Part shown: positions 29,834 through 40,243 of the stretch, piece after piece
How the letters are laid out: every line of letters starts with the position of its first letter
Numbering within the stretch: position 1 is the first letter of the stretch
Assembly (NCBI GenBank): GCA_965208105.1
Contig: OZ242318.1
Coordinates: 3,296,001 to 3,360,000, forward strand
From: Candidatus Latescibacterota bacterium
GTDB taxonomy: Bacteria; Latescibacterota; UBA2968; UBA8231
DNA: 64,000 bases
Reading direction: 5' to 3'
Position numbers and translations under genes: made by a program
Notes under the pieces: generated by a model
Told to the model about the DNA's origin: nothing
Seen by the model: the letters and a program-made list of their open reading frames with translations, nothing else
The model's database searches: none

Positions 29834-29997
29834 GTGCCTGCTTGCGCAATTCCGCGTGAATTCGGCCGCCGCTGCATCCCGGCTCGCGGCGTTGCCCTCC
29901 CTCGCCGTACACTCCAGGTACGACTCGCTCAGGCGCCTTGCGAGCCGGGCGCTTCTGCGCCCTCGTTCGTACGCTTAATTACGCAAGCAGGCACTAG
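29831..29997. mobile_element. CTAG-flanked palindromic mini-element, copy 2 (core inverted relative to copy 1)
   Basis: 21-bp terminal inverted repeat with 1 mismatch (CTAGTGCCTGCTTGCGCAATT / AATTACGCAAGCAGGCACTAG); 78-bp core matches 2875-2952 at 70/78 positions by eye. Confidence 0.8.
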
Positions 29998-31190
29998 GGA
30001 CTTTCCTCTTCCCGGTAGTATCGCATGAGGATTTCGGCTACTTCCGGGCGGGCGAACTGCGGCGGCAGAGGTTGCCCTGCCGCAAGTATTCGGCGTACCT
30101 GGGTGCCCGAGAGAAACAGGTGGCTGCCCTTGTCGTGGGCGCAGTCGCGCATCATGACGACGGCGCCGCATTCGTTGCACCAGACCGTGTGGTCGCCGCG
30201 GAAAATCTCGATGTCCAGGGAACCTTCGGGTATCCGGTCGAATATGGTCTGGGCGGCAAAGGGGTCATAGTAGTCGCCGATGCCGGCGTGGTCGCGGCCC
30301 ACTATCAGGTGGGTACAGCCGCTGTTCTGGCGGAAGATTGCATGCAGCACGGCTTCGCGCGGTCCGGCGTAGAGCATGTCGAAGCCGTAGCCGGCGATGT
30401 AGACCGTATTCGCAGGGAAATAGAGGTCCACCATTTTGCGGATGGCTGCATCGCGCACGCGGGCGGGTATATCGCCAGGCTTGAGCCGCCCGAGGAGCAT
30501 GTGGATGAGGATGCCGTCCGCACCAACCGATTTCCACGCCATGCGGCACAGCTCCTCGTGGGCGCGGTGCATGGGGTTGCGAGTCTGGAAGGCCACCACC
30601 GTGTTCCAGCCCCGGGCGGCGAACTCGCGGCGCAACTCAGGGGCCGTCCGGAAGGTGTCGGGAAATTCGGCGCGGAAGTAGGAGTGGCTCAGCACCTGGA
30701 TGGGGCCTGCCAGGACCGCGTCGCCCATGGCCATGAAGGCGGCCACCCCCGGGTGCCGGTGATCAGTCGTGCCGAAGGTCTGCTCGACCAGACAGGCCAC
30801 GTCGCCCTCGGAGAGCGGCTCGATGGACCGCAGTTCCTGGATGGCGATCACCGGGTTGTTCTCCAGGTTGGGGTCGAGCAAGGCGACCCGGCTGCCGGGC
30901 CCCACCGCGGGTGGGATCCTTTCCCGGGGAACGATGTTGACTACGGGGACGGGCCACAGCATGCCGTTGGCAAGCCTCATCTGCGCGGCGACTCCGAGGG
31001 CCTCTTCCAGGTCCATGTAGCCGGGGAGGGGATTGAAATAGCCCGAGCCCAGCATCACGGCGGCCGCGGCGGAGCCCGAAGAGATGGTCAGGGAAGGCAG
31101 GCATTCGGCCTCCTCGAGAAGCTGTGCGCGCTGGTCGTCGTCGCCCACGTAGAGAGGATTCAGTTCCTTTGACCCGTACGGATCGATCAT
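29994..31190 (-). CDS. sat: Sulfate adenylyltransferase (ATP sulfurylase)
   Basis: VAFQTRNPMHRAHEEL, MLYAGPREAVLHA..RQN.GC.H.IVGRDHAG and LSGT.VR. Confidence 0.96.
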   Translation of the reverse strand: MIDPYGSKELNPLYVGDDDQRAQLLEEAECLPSLTISSGSAAAAVMLGSGYFNPLPGYMDLEEALGVAAQMRLANGMLWPVPVVNIVPRERIPPAVGPGSRVALLDPNLENNPVIAIQELRSIEPLSEGDVACLVEQTFGTTDHRHPGVAAFMAMGDAVLAGPIQVLSHSYFRAEFPDTFRTAPELRREFAARGWNTVVAFQTRNPMHRAHEELCRMAWKSVGADGILIHMLLGRLKPGDIPARVRDAAIRKMVDLYFPANTVYIAGYGFDMLYAGPREAVLHAIFRQNSGCTHLIVGRDHAGIGDYYDPFAAQTIFDRIPEGSLDIEIFRGDHTVWCNECGAVVMMRDCAHDKGSHLFLSGTQVRRILAAGQPLPPQFARPEVAEILMRYYREEESP

Positions 31191-31201
31191 GGTGTCGCCA
31201 T

Positions 31202-32065
31202 TCAATGGATTTCGATCCCGCCGGCGGCCGCCAGGCGATGGACGTTGGCGCTTGCCAGAGGATACATTTCGTCCGGCAGGTGCTCCAGAAGCATATAGCC
31301 ATCGGGATGCAATCCGTGCCAGCAGCGCAGGGCGGTGGTCAGGTCCAGATCACCGTCGCCGGGAACGGTTTCCTCGATGTGCAATACCAGCCCGTCGGCC
31401 ACCCTCGCGTCCTTGCAGTGTCCGATGGTGGAGATGGGTCCCATGACCTCGAAGATTCGTTCCATTCGTTCCTTGCTGTGATAGACCTGGCCTAGGGACT
31501 GGAAGTGATTGACGTAGTCCATCACGACCCGAAGGCGTTCCGAACCCACCGCCTCCAGGACATCGCGGTTGGTTTCAGGAGAGTCCATGATGGTGAGCTG
31601 ATGGGTCTCGATCACTATGGTGACGGCTTCGGCTTCGCCCTTGGCGGCAACCTCGGCGAGGGTTCCCAGCAGGCGTTGGCGGCAGGCCGGATCGAGATTG
31701 CGGCGGGTCGGGCTGTAGCTGCCCCCGGGGCTGAGGCTTCCGGGACGGATCAGGCAGGCGTGGGCGCCCAGTTCTGCTGCGAGTTCGATGCCGCGGCCGA
31801 TTTTGCGCAGGAGGGCTGTGCGCCGGTCCGCATCCGGATCGAACAGGCATTCGCCGTAGCCGATGCTGAACTGCACCAGGTCCATCCCCGCGGCGGCGAA
31901 GATCCGCCTGGCATTGCGGCACTCCGTGGTTCGAACCTCGAAGAGGAGGTCCCCCGACACGCCGCAGCTGGCCCCGGTGAGTCCGAGGGCGCTGACGGCC
32001 TCGAAATCCTGGACGGTGATGGTGCGGAAGTCAGAAGGCAACATGCCTACGACGCCGAGGCGCAT
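31202..32065 (-). CDS. Sugar-phosphate isomerase/epimerase (AP endonuclease 2 TIM barrel)
   Basis: IETH, MDYVN, HCKD, PGDG.LD and LLEH metal ligands. Confidence 0.85.
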   Translation of the reverse strand: MRLGVVGMLPSDFRTITVQDFEAVSALGLTGASCGVSGDLLFEVRTTECRNARRIFAAAGMDLVQFSIGYGECLFDPDADRRTALLRKIGRGIELAAELGAHACLIRPGSLSPGGSYSPTRRNLDPACRQRLLGTLAEVAAKGEAEAVTIVIETHQLTIMDSPETNRDVLEAVGSERLRVVMDYVNHFQSLGQVYHSKERMERIFEVMGPISTIGHCKDARVADGLVLHIEETVPGDGDLDLTTALRCWHGLHPDGYMLLEHLPDEMYPLASANVHRLAAAGGIEIH

Positions 32066-32202
32066 GATTACCCTTTCAAAATGGGGGAAAGCAAAAATAA
32101 GGCAATATGTCGCGAAGGCAATATCGACCAATCTTGCCCGGGGAAAAACTGAAACCCATATTGTAGGCTCCGTTGCGGATCTTCTCAGGGTTGGGATAAT
32201 TT

Positions 32203-33003
32203 GTGAATTTTCTGCTTGGATTTGGCATCTCCGTCGTCTCGGGACTCTATACTTCCTTGTGGGGAGCCTTCAAGGACTCCCCGTATGAAGGGTTCAAGCC
32301 GGCAACATTCCCTCGCAGCGTCTACTTCAACGCGGCCATTTTTCTCCCGCTCTATTTCCTTCCTTATTTTCGCGAGAGCTTCAGGGACCTGGGACTGGTG
32401 CAGATTTTTTTCCTGATCATGGGCCTGGAGCGCTTCATAGCAGAGCTATACAAGGGATTTTTCAGGACCGAAGACCAGGCCAAGTACTTCGTACCCTCCA
32501 GGATCACCTTCTTCGGCCGGCCCATCCGCAGCGAGGGGCTGAGGTATGGGGCCGGAACAGTCCTCGTCGCCATCGTATTCTGCTTCCTGTTGATCGGCGT
32601 CAGGATAGAAAGCTTTGCAGGTTTTGCTCTTACCGCCTATGCGACCGGTCTGCTGGTCGCGCTTGGAGGGGCCTACAAGGATGCTCCGTTCGAAGGATTC
32701 AAGTGGTTGAAGTTTCAACGGTCCGCCGCCGTGCTTGTCCTCCTGTCTCCCCTATTCTATTTTCTCAACAATCCTCACACTCCGGTTTCTCTGGGATTTC
32801 TCATCTACATGAATGGCGGTCTGGAGCGTTTCGCGATCGAGTACTACAAGACCTACGTCCAGAGGAATATGTCGGGGAAGTTCAGGCCGGATCTGGACCG
32901 CATTGAGGAACAAGCGGACAAGCGCGAGAAGTACCACTACATGGCCCTGGTAATCATCGTTGCTCTGGCTTTCCTCTGCGCCTATGAAATCAGCGCGTTA
33001 TGA
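32203..33003 (+). CDS. Hypothetical multi-pass membrane protein with an internal duplication
   Basis: Several hydrophobic helices; GAFKDSPYEGFK...GLERFIAELYK recurs as GAYKDAPFEGFK...GLERFAIEYYK. Confidence 0.75.
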   Translation: MNFLLGFGISVVSGLYTSLWGAFKDSPYEGFKPATFPRSVYFNAAIFLPLYFLPYFRESFRDLGLVQIFFLIMGLERFIAELYKGFFRTEDQAKYFVPSRITFFGRPIRSEGLRYGAGTVLVAIVFCFLLIGVRIESFAGFALTAYATGLLVALGGAYKDAPFEGFKWLKFQRSAAVLVLLSPLFYFLNNPHTPVSLGFLIYMNGGLERFAIEYYKTYVQRNMSGKFRPDLDRIEEQADKREKYHYMALVIIVALAFLCAYEISAL

Positions 33004-34492
33004 CGCCCTCATAATCGGTTCGGGCTTTGGAGGGTCCGCCGCCGCCCACGCTCTGGCACAGGCGGGGCTGAAAACGATCCTGTTGGAGAGGGGGGGCTGG
33101 GCGAAGAGGGATGAAGGGGACTGGGACCAGCGCAAAATTCTACTCGAGCAAAGGTATAGAAGCGCTTCTCCCCTGCTCGTCAGGCAGTACAATGACAAAA
33201 AGTTCGAGCCGGTCTATCCCAACGAGGCAGTGGGAGGGATGTCGGTTTTCTACGGCGGAGCATCGCTGCGCTTGCGTGAGAACGACTTCGACAAGTGGCC
33301 GATAAAATACGCCGACCTGGAAGAATACTATTGCAAATCCGAACGCCTCCTCGGGGTCCACGGCGAGTCCGGAGAGGATGTATGCGAACCGCCGCGCTCC
33401 CAGGACTATCCGTTCGGCAGCATTGAGCTGTCCCCTCCGGCGCAGCGGATACGCGCTGCTGCGCACAAGATCGGCTACAGACCCGGCCGAATTCCGCTGG
33501 CCATCAACTTCGCCGACAGGAGAAGACCTTTCTGCGTCAGGTGCAACACTTGCGATGGGTTTCCCTGCAAGATAGAAGCCAAGAACGACCTCGCTGCGAC
33601 TGTCCTGCGGGAGGCCCAGGGCTTCGGCCTCGAGATCATGGCGGGTGCGATGGCAACGAAACTCCTGGAAAAAAAAGGCCGGATAGAATCGGTGGAATGC
33701 ATCGACAAGGAGTCGCGGCGGCCGTTTTCCCTCTCGGCCGGAATTGTGCTCGTCTGCGCCGGCGCCCTCCACAGTCCGGCCATTTTGCTGAGATCCAGAC
33801 TGGAAGGTGAGAAGAATCGCGAATTGGTCGGGCGCTACCTGATGCGCCACTGCAATGCGGTGGTGGGGTCCGTCTTTGCGCGCAGGACCAACCCGCAAAA
33901 CACCTTTCACAAGCAACTTTGCTTCACCGAGTTCTACGAGGACCTGCGCGAAAAGCTGGGTACGGCTGCCGGGATAATCCAGGACATCTATACCCCTGCT
34001 CCCGAGGTGATAGGACACCATGCTCCTCGGGGGCTCAAGAAGCTGTCCGGGCTCGTCGCCCGGCACATGCAGAATTTGCTCTGCATCGCCGAGGACGACC
34101 CCCAGTACGACAACGGGGTCACGCTGGCCGGGGGAAAGGACGTCTACGGAGTGGAAAAAATCCAGATTTATCACAGGTACACGAGAAACGACCGCGAGAG
34201 GCTCAACCATCTCATGGGCAAGGCCAGAAGGGTGCTGCGGGCAGCGGGCGGCGTCATTCCATATACCTATGCCATTAACTCGTTCTCTCACGCGGTGGGC
34301 ACCCTGCGCTTCGGGCACAGCCCCGGACATAGCGTCCTGGACGAGCACTGCCGGCTCTGGGGGCTGGACAATCTCTTTGTTCTGGATGGAAGTTTCATGC
34401 CTACCTCCGGGGGGGTCAATCCCAGCCTGACTATCGCGGCCAACGCATTCAGGGTGTCAGACCACATAATTTCCCATTCCGGAAAGCTCTGA
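32984..34492 (+). CDS. GMC-family FAD oxidoreductase
   Basis: IIGSGFGG, LERG, VGG.S..YGG, CxxCxxC, HAVGT.RFG and GVNPSLTIAANA. Confidence 0.92.
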   Translation: MKSARYDALIIGSGFGGSAAAHALAQAGLKTILLERGGWAKRDEGDWDQRKILLEQRYRSASPLLVRQYNDKKFEPVYPNEAVGGMSVFYGGASLRLRENDFDKWPIKYADLEEYYCKSERLLGVHGESGEDVCEPPRSQDYPFGSIELSPPAQRIRAAAHKIGYRPGRIPLAINFADRRRPFCVRCNTCDGFPCKIEAKNDLAATVLREAQGFGLEIMAGAMATKLLEKKGRIESVECIDKESRRPFSLSAGIVLVCAGALHSPAILLRSRLEGEKNRELVGRYLMRHCNAVVGSVFARRTNPQNTFHKQLCFTEFYEDLREKLGTAAGIIQDIYTPAPEVIGHHAPRGLKKLSGLVARHMQNLLCIAEDDPQYDNGVTLAGGKDVYGVEKIQIYHRYTRNDRERLNHLMGKARRVLRAAGGVIPYTYAINSFSHAVGTLRFGHSPGHSVLDEHCRLWGLDNLFVLDGSFMPTSGGVNPSLTIAANAFRVSDHIISHSGKL

Positions 34493-34493
34493 A

Positions 34494-35450
34494 ATGAACG
34501 AGGTCTGTCTGGTGGGGTGCGGGAGCATCGGCAGGCTGCACGCGCGAAATTTGTCCGCGATGGCGAAGCTATCTTTCTGCAGCCGCACCAGGGCAAGCGC
34601 GGAGAGGCTACAGGGTGAATTCAAAGGGGGAGGGGTATTCGAACGGCTGGAGGACGTCCTGGACTCACCCCGGATCAAGGCCGTGGTCCTTGCAACGCCT
34701 CCCCAGGTACACCAGGAGCAAACGGTCGCGGCCTTGAGAGCGGGCAAATCGGTGCTGGTGGAGAAGCCCATGTGCCTCACCGCCGGGGAGGTCGGCGCGA
34801 TCGAGGCGGCTTTGAAGGAACGGCGGGACTGCTTCCTCATGGTCGCCGAAAACTACTACTACAAACCGTCGCTGGATTTGATGAAGAGATTGATCGCATC
34901 GGGCAGCATCGGCCGCATCGAGGTTGTGGATGTCAGGAAGCTCTTTGCGCTGGAGGCCACGGGGTGGAAAGGGGAATGCGGAGCTCTCCTCGAAGGCGGG
35001 GTCCACTTCGTCGCCCTCATTTCCGCGCTGTTCGACGCTGCTCCCGAGATGGTCAAGGCCGAGTTCCCCGGCCGCACGGCGGGGCAGGCGGAACGCAGCT
35101 CGATCGTCGACCTTGCCTATGCCGGCGGAGCCGCGGCCAGGTTGCGCTACGCGTGGAACGCGAGGAGTATCACCAGGGGTGTTTTTCAGCATTCCCGCAT
35201 CTGCGGAGACCAGGGTAAAATCACATTCGAGAGCAATGGAATCTACGTGTGGCTCAACTCCGGGAAAAGGAAAAGGCTCTTTGTTCCTGGGTTTTCGGAC
35301 CTGATGGGCTATCGCCGCATGAGCCGCGATTTCATCCATTGCCTGAACGACCCTGCAAAACAACCTTACTCGGATTTCCGCAAGGCCAGGAGAGACCTGG
35401 GCATCGTCTTCAAGGCCTATGCCGGACTGCAGGATGGAGAAGATCCATGA
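34494..35450 (+). CDS. Gfo/Idh/MocA-family oxidoreductase
   Basis: GCGSIG, ATPP..H, VEKP and GALLEGGVH. Confidence 0.9.
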   Translation: MNEVCLVGCGSIGRLHARNLSAMAKLSFCSRTRASAERLQGEFKGGGVFERLEDVLDSPRIKAVVLATPPQVHQEQTVAALRAGKSVLVEKPMCLTAGEVGAIEAALKERRDCFLMVAENYYYKPSLDLMKRLIASGSIGRIEVVDVRKLFALEATGWKGECGALLEGGVHFVALISALFDAAPEMVKAEFPGRTAGQAERSSIVDLAYAGGAAARLRYAWNARSITRGVFQHSRICGDQGKITFESNGIYVWLNSGKRKRLFVPGFSDLMGYRRMSRDFIHCLNDPAKQPYSDFRKARRDLGIVFKAYAGLQDGEDP

Positions 35451-37132
35451 GCGCGACAGCCGAGAAGATCATCTACTCCATGGTCGGAGTGAGCAAGTAC
35501 CACAACAAGAAGGCGGTGCTGAAAAATATCTCCTTGTCCTACTTCTACGGGGCCAAGATCGGCGTCCTCGGGGCGAACGGAGCAGGGAAAAGCTCATTGC
35601 TGCGCATCCTTGCGGGGGTCGACGAGGAATTCGAAGGCAGGACCGCCGTTTCCCCCGGACACACCGTGGGCTTCCTCGAGCAGGAACCGCAGTTGGACCG
35701 GGGAAAGACGGTGCGCGAGATCGTCGAGGAGGGCGTGCGGGAAACTGTGGAGTTGCTGGCGGAATACAACCGGATCAACGACAGCTTCGCCGATCCCATG
35801 ACCGATGACGAAATGAATGCGCTGATAGAGAGGCAGGCTGCGGTCCAGGAGAAGCTCGACGCGATCAATGCCTGGGACCTGGACAGCCGCCTCGGGATGG
35901 CCATGGACGCACTGCGTTGTCCTCCGGAGGACATGTCCGTGGACCTGGTTTCCGGCGGCGAAAGGAGGAGGGTGGCGTTGTGCCGGCTGCTCCTCAAAAA
36001 GCCCGACATCCTGCTGCTGGACGAGCCCACGAACCACCTGGACGCCGAGTCGGTCGCCTGGTTGGAGCAGCACCTGCAGCATTATGCGGGCACCGTCATC
36101 GCCGTGACCCACGACCGCTATTTCCTCGACAACGTGGCCGGCTGGATACTCGAGCTGGACCGCGGAGAGGGTATCCCCTGGAAGGGGAACTACTCCTCCT
36201 GGCTGGAACAGAAGAGAGAGCGGCTGGAGCGGGAAGAAAAGGCCGAGGTCGAGCGCAAGAGGACCCTTGAGCGCGAATTGGATTGGATCCGGATGGCGCC
36301 CAAGGCGCGGCAGACCAAGAGTAAGGCCCGCATCAGAGCCTACGAGGAGCTGCTCAACCAGGAAAGCGAGAAGCGCGGCCGCGACCTGGAAATCTACATC
36401 CCTCCCGGTCCGCGCCTGGGGAACGTCGTCATCGAAGCCAGGGGCGCAGGCAAGGTCTACGGGGATCGAATCATTTTCGAAGACCTGAGCTTCGTCCTGC
36501 CGCCCGGCGGCATCGCCGGTGTGATAGGCGCCAATGGCGCGGGCAAGACCACCCTGTTCAGGCTGATCACCGGCCAGGAGGAGGCGGACGGCGGATCGGT
36601 CCGCCTGGGGGAGACGGTTGAACTGGCCCACGTGGACCAGAGCCGCGAAACCTTGTCGGCGGAGAAGAATGTCTGGGAGGAGATCTCGGGAGGAGAGGAC
36701 GAAATCGCCCTGGGCGGGAGGCGGGTCAACTCGCGGGCGTACGTGGCGCGCTTCAATTTTGCCGGTGCCGATCAGCAGAAGCCGGTAGGGTCCCTTTCCG
36801 GGGGGGAGCGCAACCGGGTTCACCTGGCCAAGATGCTCAAGCAGGGGGCGAACGTGCTTCTCCTGGACGAGCCTACCAACGACCTGGACGTCAACACCAT
36901 GCGCGCCCTGGAGGAGGCCCTGGAGAATTTCGCCGGTTGCGCGGTGATCATCAGCCACGACCGCTGGTTTCTCGACCGCGTGGCCACCCATATCCTGGCC
37001 TTCGAGGGCGACAGCCGGGTGGCCTGGTTCGAAGGCAACTACTCCGAGTACGCCGCCAACCGCAGGGAGCGCCTGGGCACCGAGTCGGAGGTCCCAGAGC
37101 GCATCAAGTACCGCCAGCTTACCCGCGATTGA
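35447..37132 (+). CDS. ettA: Energy-dependent translational throttle ABC-F protein
   Basis: [51 protein letters not shown] and [11 protein letters not shown]. Confidence 0.95.
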   Translation: MSATAEKIIYSMVGVSKYHNKKAVLKNISLSYFYGAKIGVLGANGAGKSSLLRILAGVDEEFEGRTAVSPGHTVGFLEQEPQLDRGKTVREIVEEGVRETVELLAEYNRINDSFADPMTDDEMNALIERQAAVQEKLDAINAWDLDSRLGMAMDALRCPPEDMSVDLVSGGERRRVALCRLLLKKPDILLLDEPTNHLDAESVAWLEQHLQHYAGTVIAVTHDRYFLDNVAGWILELDRGEGIPWKGNYSSWLEQKRERLEREEKAEVERKRTLERELDWIRMAPKARQTKSKARIRAYEELLNQESEKRGRDLEIYIPPGPRLGNVVIEARGAGKVYGDRIIFEDLSFVLPPGGIAGVIGANGAGKTTLFRLITGQEEADGGSVRLGETVELAHVDQSRETLSAEKNVWEEISGGEDEIALGGRRVNSRAYVARFNFAGADQQKPVGSLSGGERNRVHLAKMLKQGANVLLLDEPTNDLDVNTMRALEEALENFAGCAVIISHDRWFLDRVATHILAFEGDSRVAWFEGNYSEYAANRRERLGTESEVPERIKYRQLTRD

Positions 37133-37269
37133 GCCGGCGCGGCCGAGCTCCTCCCGAAGCTGCGGCCGCCGCTCTCCACCCCTTTCCTCCTTTGACTCCG
37201 ACTACCTGCCGGTCTAACTTTTCCCTGTCGCTCCGCTTCTCACCGTGAACGGAACGCAGCCGAATCTGA

Positions 37270-38391
37270 TTGGAGAGCTTTCCCGTGCCGGGAAACGACA
37301 ACGCCTACGTCGAATTCGAGGGCGTCAGCAAGAGCTACGACGGGCATACAACGGTGGTCGGAAACCTCGACCTGAGGGTCCGCAAAGGGGAATTTCTGAC
37401 CCTGCTCGGACCCTCCGGCTCGGGCAAGACAACCTGCCTGATGATGCTTGCCGGATTCGAGGTGCCTAGCTCCGGCGCAATCCGCATCGACGGCCGCTCG
37501 GTGCACGCGCTGCCGCCGCGCCGCCGCGGTATCGGCATGGTATTCCAGAACTATGCCCTCTTCCCCCACATGACCGTGGGCCGCAACCTCGCTTTCCCGC
37601 TCGAGGTGCGCGGGCTCGACGCCGAGGAGTGCCGGGAGCGGGTGGAGCGGGCCCTGCAGCTGGTCCGCCTCGAGGGTCTCCAGGACCGGCGACCGGCCCA
37701 GCTCTCCGGCGGCCAGCAGCAGCGGGTGGCCATCGCCCGGGCGCTGATATTCGATCCCGCCCTGGTGCTGATGGACGAACCGCTCGGCGCCCTCGACCGG
37801 CGCTTGCGCGAGGAGATGCAGTACGAGATCCGGCGCATCCACCAGAGCCTCGGGGTGACCGTGGTGTACGTCACCCACGACCAGCAGGAGGCCATGGTGA
37901 TGTCGGACCGCATTGCCGTGCTGCGCGGGGGGGACATCGAGCAGATCGCCGAACCCGAAGCCCTCTACGAAGAGCCGGAGTGTTCCTTCGTCGCCCGTTT
38001 CGTCGGGGAGAACAACCGCCTGCAGGGAAGGGTCGCCGCCGTCGACGGGGACATTTGCACGGTGGAAAGCGGCGATCAAATCATCCGGGCCTTGCGCGTT
38101 GCGCCCTGCGGTCCCGGCGACCGCACCACCCTGTCCATCAGACCCGAGCGCGTCGCCATTGCCCCCGATCCCGGCCTCTACACCAACGAGCTCGACGCGA
38201 TCATCGAGGACATCACCTTCCTCGGCGATCACCTGCGCCTGCGCCTGACCGTGTGCGGCTGCTCGGACTTCATCGCCAAAATCCCCAACGTCGTCGGCCA
38301 CGGCGGCGTGCTGACCGGAGACCGCGTCCGCATAGGCTGGACTCCCACCGACTGCCGGGTCCTCGACCCCGACGATGAGGATGGGGCGTGA
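37270..38391 (+). CDS. Polyamine-type ABC transporter ATP-binding subunit (PotA-like)
   Basis: GPSGSGKT, VFQNYALFPHMTV, LSGGQQQR, MDEPLGALD and a C-terminal TOBE domain. Confidence 0.92.
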   Translation: MESFPVPGNDNAYVEFEGVSKSYDGHTTVVGNLDLRVRKGEFLTLLGPSGSGKTTCLMMLAGFEVPSSGAIRIDGRSVHALPPRRRGIGMVFQNYALFPHMTVGRNLAFPLEVRGLDAEECRERVERALQLVRLEGLQDRRPAQLSGGQQQRVAIARALIFDPALVLMDEPLGALDRRLREEMQYEIRRIHQSLGVTVVYVTHDQQEAMVMSDRIAVLRGGDIEQIAEPEALYEEPECSFVARFVGENNRLQGRVAAVDGDICTVESGDQIIRALRVAPCGPGDRTTLSIRPERVAIAPDPGLYTNELDAIIEDITFLGDHLRLRLTVCGCSDFIAKIPNVVGHGGVLTGDRVRIGWTPTDCRVLDPDDEDGA

Positions 38392-38424
38392 GGGCGTAAA
38401 GAGGGCAGAGTCGGTTCTGGTGGA

Positions 38425-39261
38425 ATGGCAGAGTCAGAGAGATCAAGAAACAATCAGGGAAGCCTACCTCGGATGGGACGCATTGATTCGTGTTTGATCT
38501 GCTCCACTCCACGTACAGGCAGTACCTTGTTGTGTGGATTGCTGGCGTCCTCCGAAGTCGCGGGTCGTCCTGAATCATACTTCCGCCAGCCCGATGAGCA
38601 AAGGTGGGCGGCCCGATGGGACATTGTCCGCTCGTCCGACAGGGGCTTCGAATATTCCGAATTCGTGCGAGCGGCCCTTGCCGCGGGCAGGACCGAAAAC
38701 GGAGTATTTGCCGCCAGGATTATGTGGGGAACTTTGGACTATATGGTCGCCAGGTTGGGGACGGTATATCCAGCTCTCATTGGTAGCGATATTGACCTGT
38801 TGACCCGTGCGTTCGGCCATACGCGCTTTGTCCATTTACAGCGCGACGATGTTCTGGCGCAGGCCGTGTCGTGGCACCGCGCCGAGCAAACCAACGTTTG
38901 GTTTGAGACCGATCAGTCGAAATCGGAACAGCCGGAACAAGAGCCGCGCTTCGACTTCGGTCAGATCTGCAAGTTGGTTCAGGTGATTGACGAGCACAAT
39001 GCGGCATGGCGGGAGTGGTTTGCTTCGGTTGGTATTCAGCCGCACCGGGTGTGGTACGAAGACCTTGATGCCGACCCCGTAAGTGTGACCTGTGGTATCC
39101 TTGACTTCCTCGGCCTCCAGCTACCACCCGGGCGAGAGCTCCGGATACGCCACAGGCGCTTGGCTGACCAACTCAACGCCCAATGGATCGACCGCTACCG
39201 AGCCGAGTTGGCAGAACGCTTGATTGTATCCTCGGAGTCTGGAAAGAGCCAATTCGCATAA
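38425..39261 (+). CDS. Stf0-family sulfotransferase (start may be 38473)
   Basis: ICSTPRTGSTLLC..L, GRPESYF, RTENGVF, R.DVLAQAVS and YEDL. Confidence 0.88.
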   Translation: MAESERSRNNQGSLPRMGRIDSCLICSTPRTGSTLLCGLLASSEVAGRPESYFRQPDEQRWAARWDIVRSSDRGFEYSEFVRAALAAGRTENGVFAARIMWGTLDYMVARLGTVYPALIGSDIDLLTRAFGHTRFVHLQRDDVLAQAVSWHRAEQTNVWFETDQSKSEQPEQEPRFDFGQICKLVQVIDEHNAAWREWFASVGIQPHRVWYEDLDADPVSVTCGILDFLGLQLPPGRELRIRHRRLADQLNAQWIDRYRAELAERLIVSSESGKSQFA

Positions 39262-39391
39262 CGCGACCGCGCCTGGATTTGGGCTGGGCCCTTCGCGCTA
39301 CCTCTGTGCGGTCCGGGCACCCCCAGACGTTAGCAGCAAGCGGCTTTAGGGAGCCAATCAAAGTACTCGAATTTAAAAAGGAATTTTCGAT

Positions 39392-40135
39392 ATGCCAGGT
39401 GTCATGTCATGGGAGGAAATGAACTGGCTTTTGCCTGATTTTGATGAGACTGGGTTGATCTATCACGGAAGTCAACCTGAGGACCTCGTTAGTATATTCC
39501 AAAATGGACTGATCCCCCGGTACAAATGTCCAAGGGATCGTGCTGAAACTATCTACAATGCGCACTACCGGAACCGGCCAAAGTCCATTCCTGACTGGGT
39601 GGATCCGAGGCAATGCATTTTCGGTTACATGAACAGGGACAGGCAAGGAGGGTTCGACGGAATTGTGGACGGCAGAGTCATCGGAGTAACAATTGGCATT
39701 GAAGCGACCGCTCGTGTACGGAATCGGACCTGGACAGCCTGTTTCCTGTTTTCAGATATGGTGTACTGTCCAGAGGAAGCGGGGTACTTCGACACGCAGG
39801 AGAGAAAAACCTTTTTTAAGGAGAGGATCGAGCCGATTTCCTGTGGAGCATACTGGAAGACCAGCCTTTCCTTTGACGAAAACCTGAAGATTCGCTGGGA
39901 TCACCTGCTTACCATGCAGCAATATCATGAGCTATTGATCTGTACGGAGATCGATCCTGAGTTGCTAAGTCTCCAAGGGTTCAAAGTACGGGGGCGTAAT
40001 GGGATACGCGAGGTTCTAAAAAGTGACCTGGGCGAGGTGTTTGAGAATGCCGAAGAGAAGCTCCGGAACAACATGGCAATTGTGCAGGAACTGAAGGAAG
40101 TCACCGAGTTCAGCGGGAGGGCAGCCAGTGCCTGA
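39392..40135 (+). CDS. Hypothetical protein, possible ADP-ribosyltransferase-like fold
   Basis: 247-aa ORF filling the gap; IYHGS....LVSIFQNGL.P motif. Confidence 0.6.
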   Translation: MPGVMSWEEMNWLLPDFDETGLIYHGSQPEDLVSIFQNGLIPRYKCPRDRAETIYNAHYRNRPKSIPDWVDPRQCIFGYMNRDRQGGFDGIVDGRVIGVTIGIEATARVRNRTWTACFLFSDMVYCPEEAGYFDTQERKTFFKERIEPISCGAYWKTSLSFDENLKIRWDHLLTMQQYHELLICTEIDPELLSLQGFKVRGRNGIREVLKSDLGEVFENAEEKLRNNMAIVQELKEVTEFSGRAASA

Positions 40136-40243
40136 CAACACGGTTCGCGCTGCGCCGCCCATGGCGCTATGGTCCTGCGGCAATCTTTTGAGGTTCGAAC
40201 ACCCGCGAACTCTACCTGAAATGGATCGACCCTGACAGTGCGA

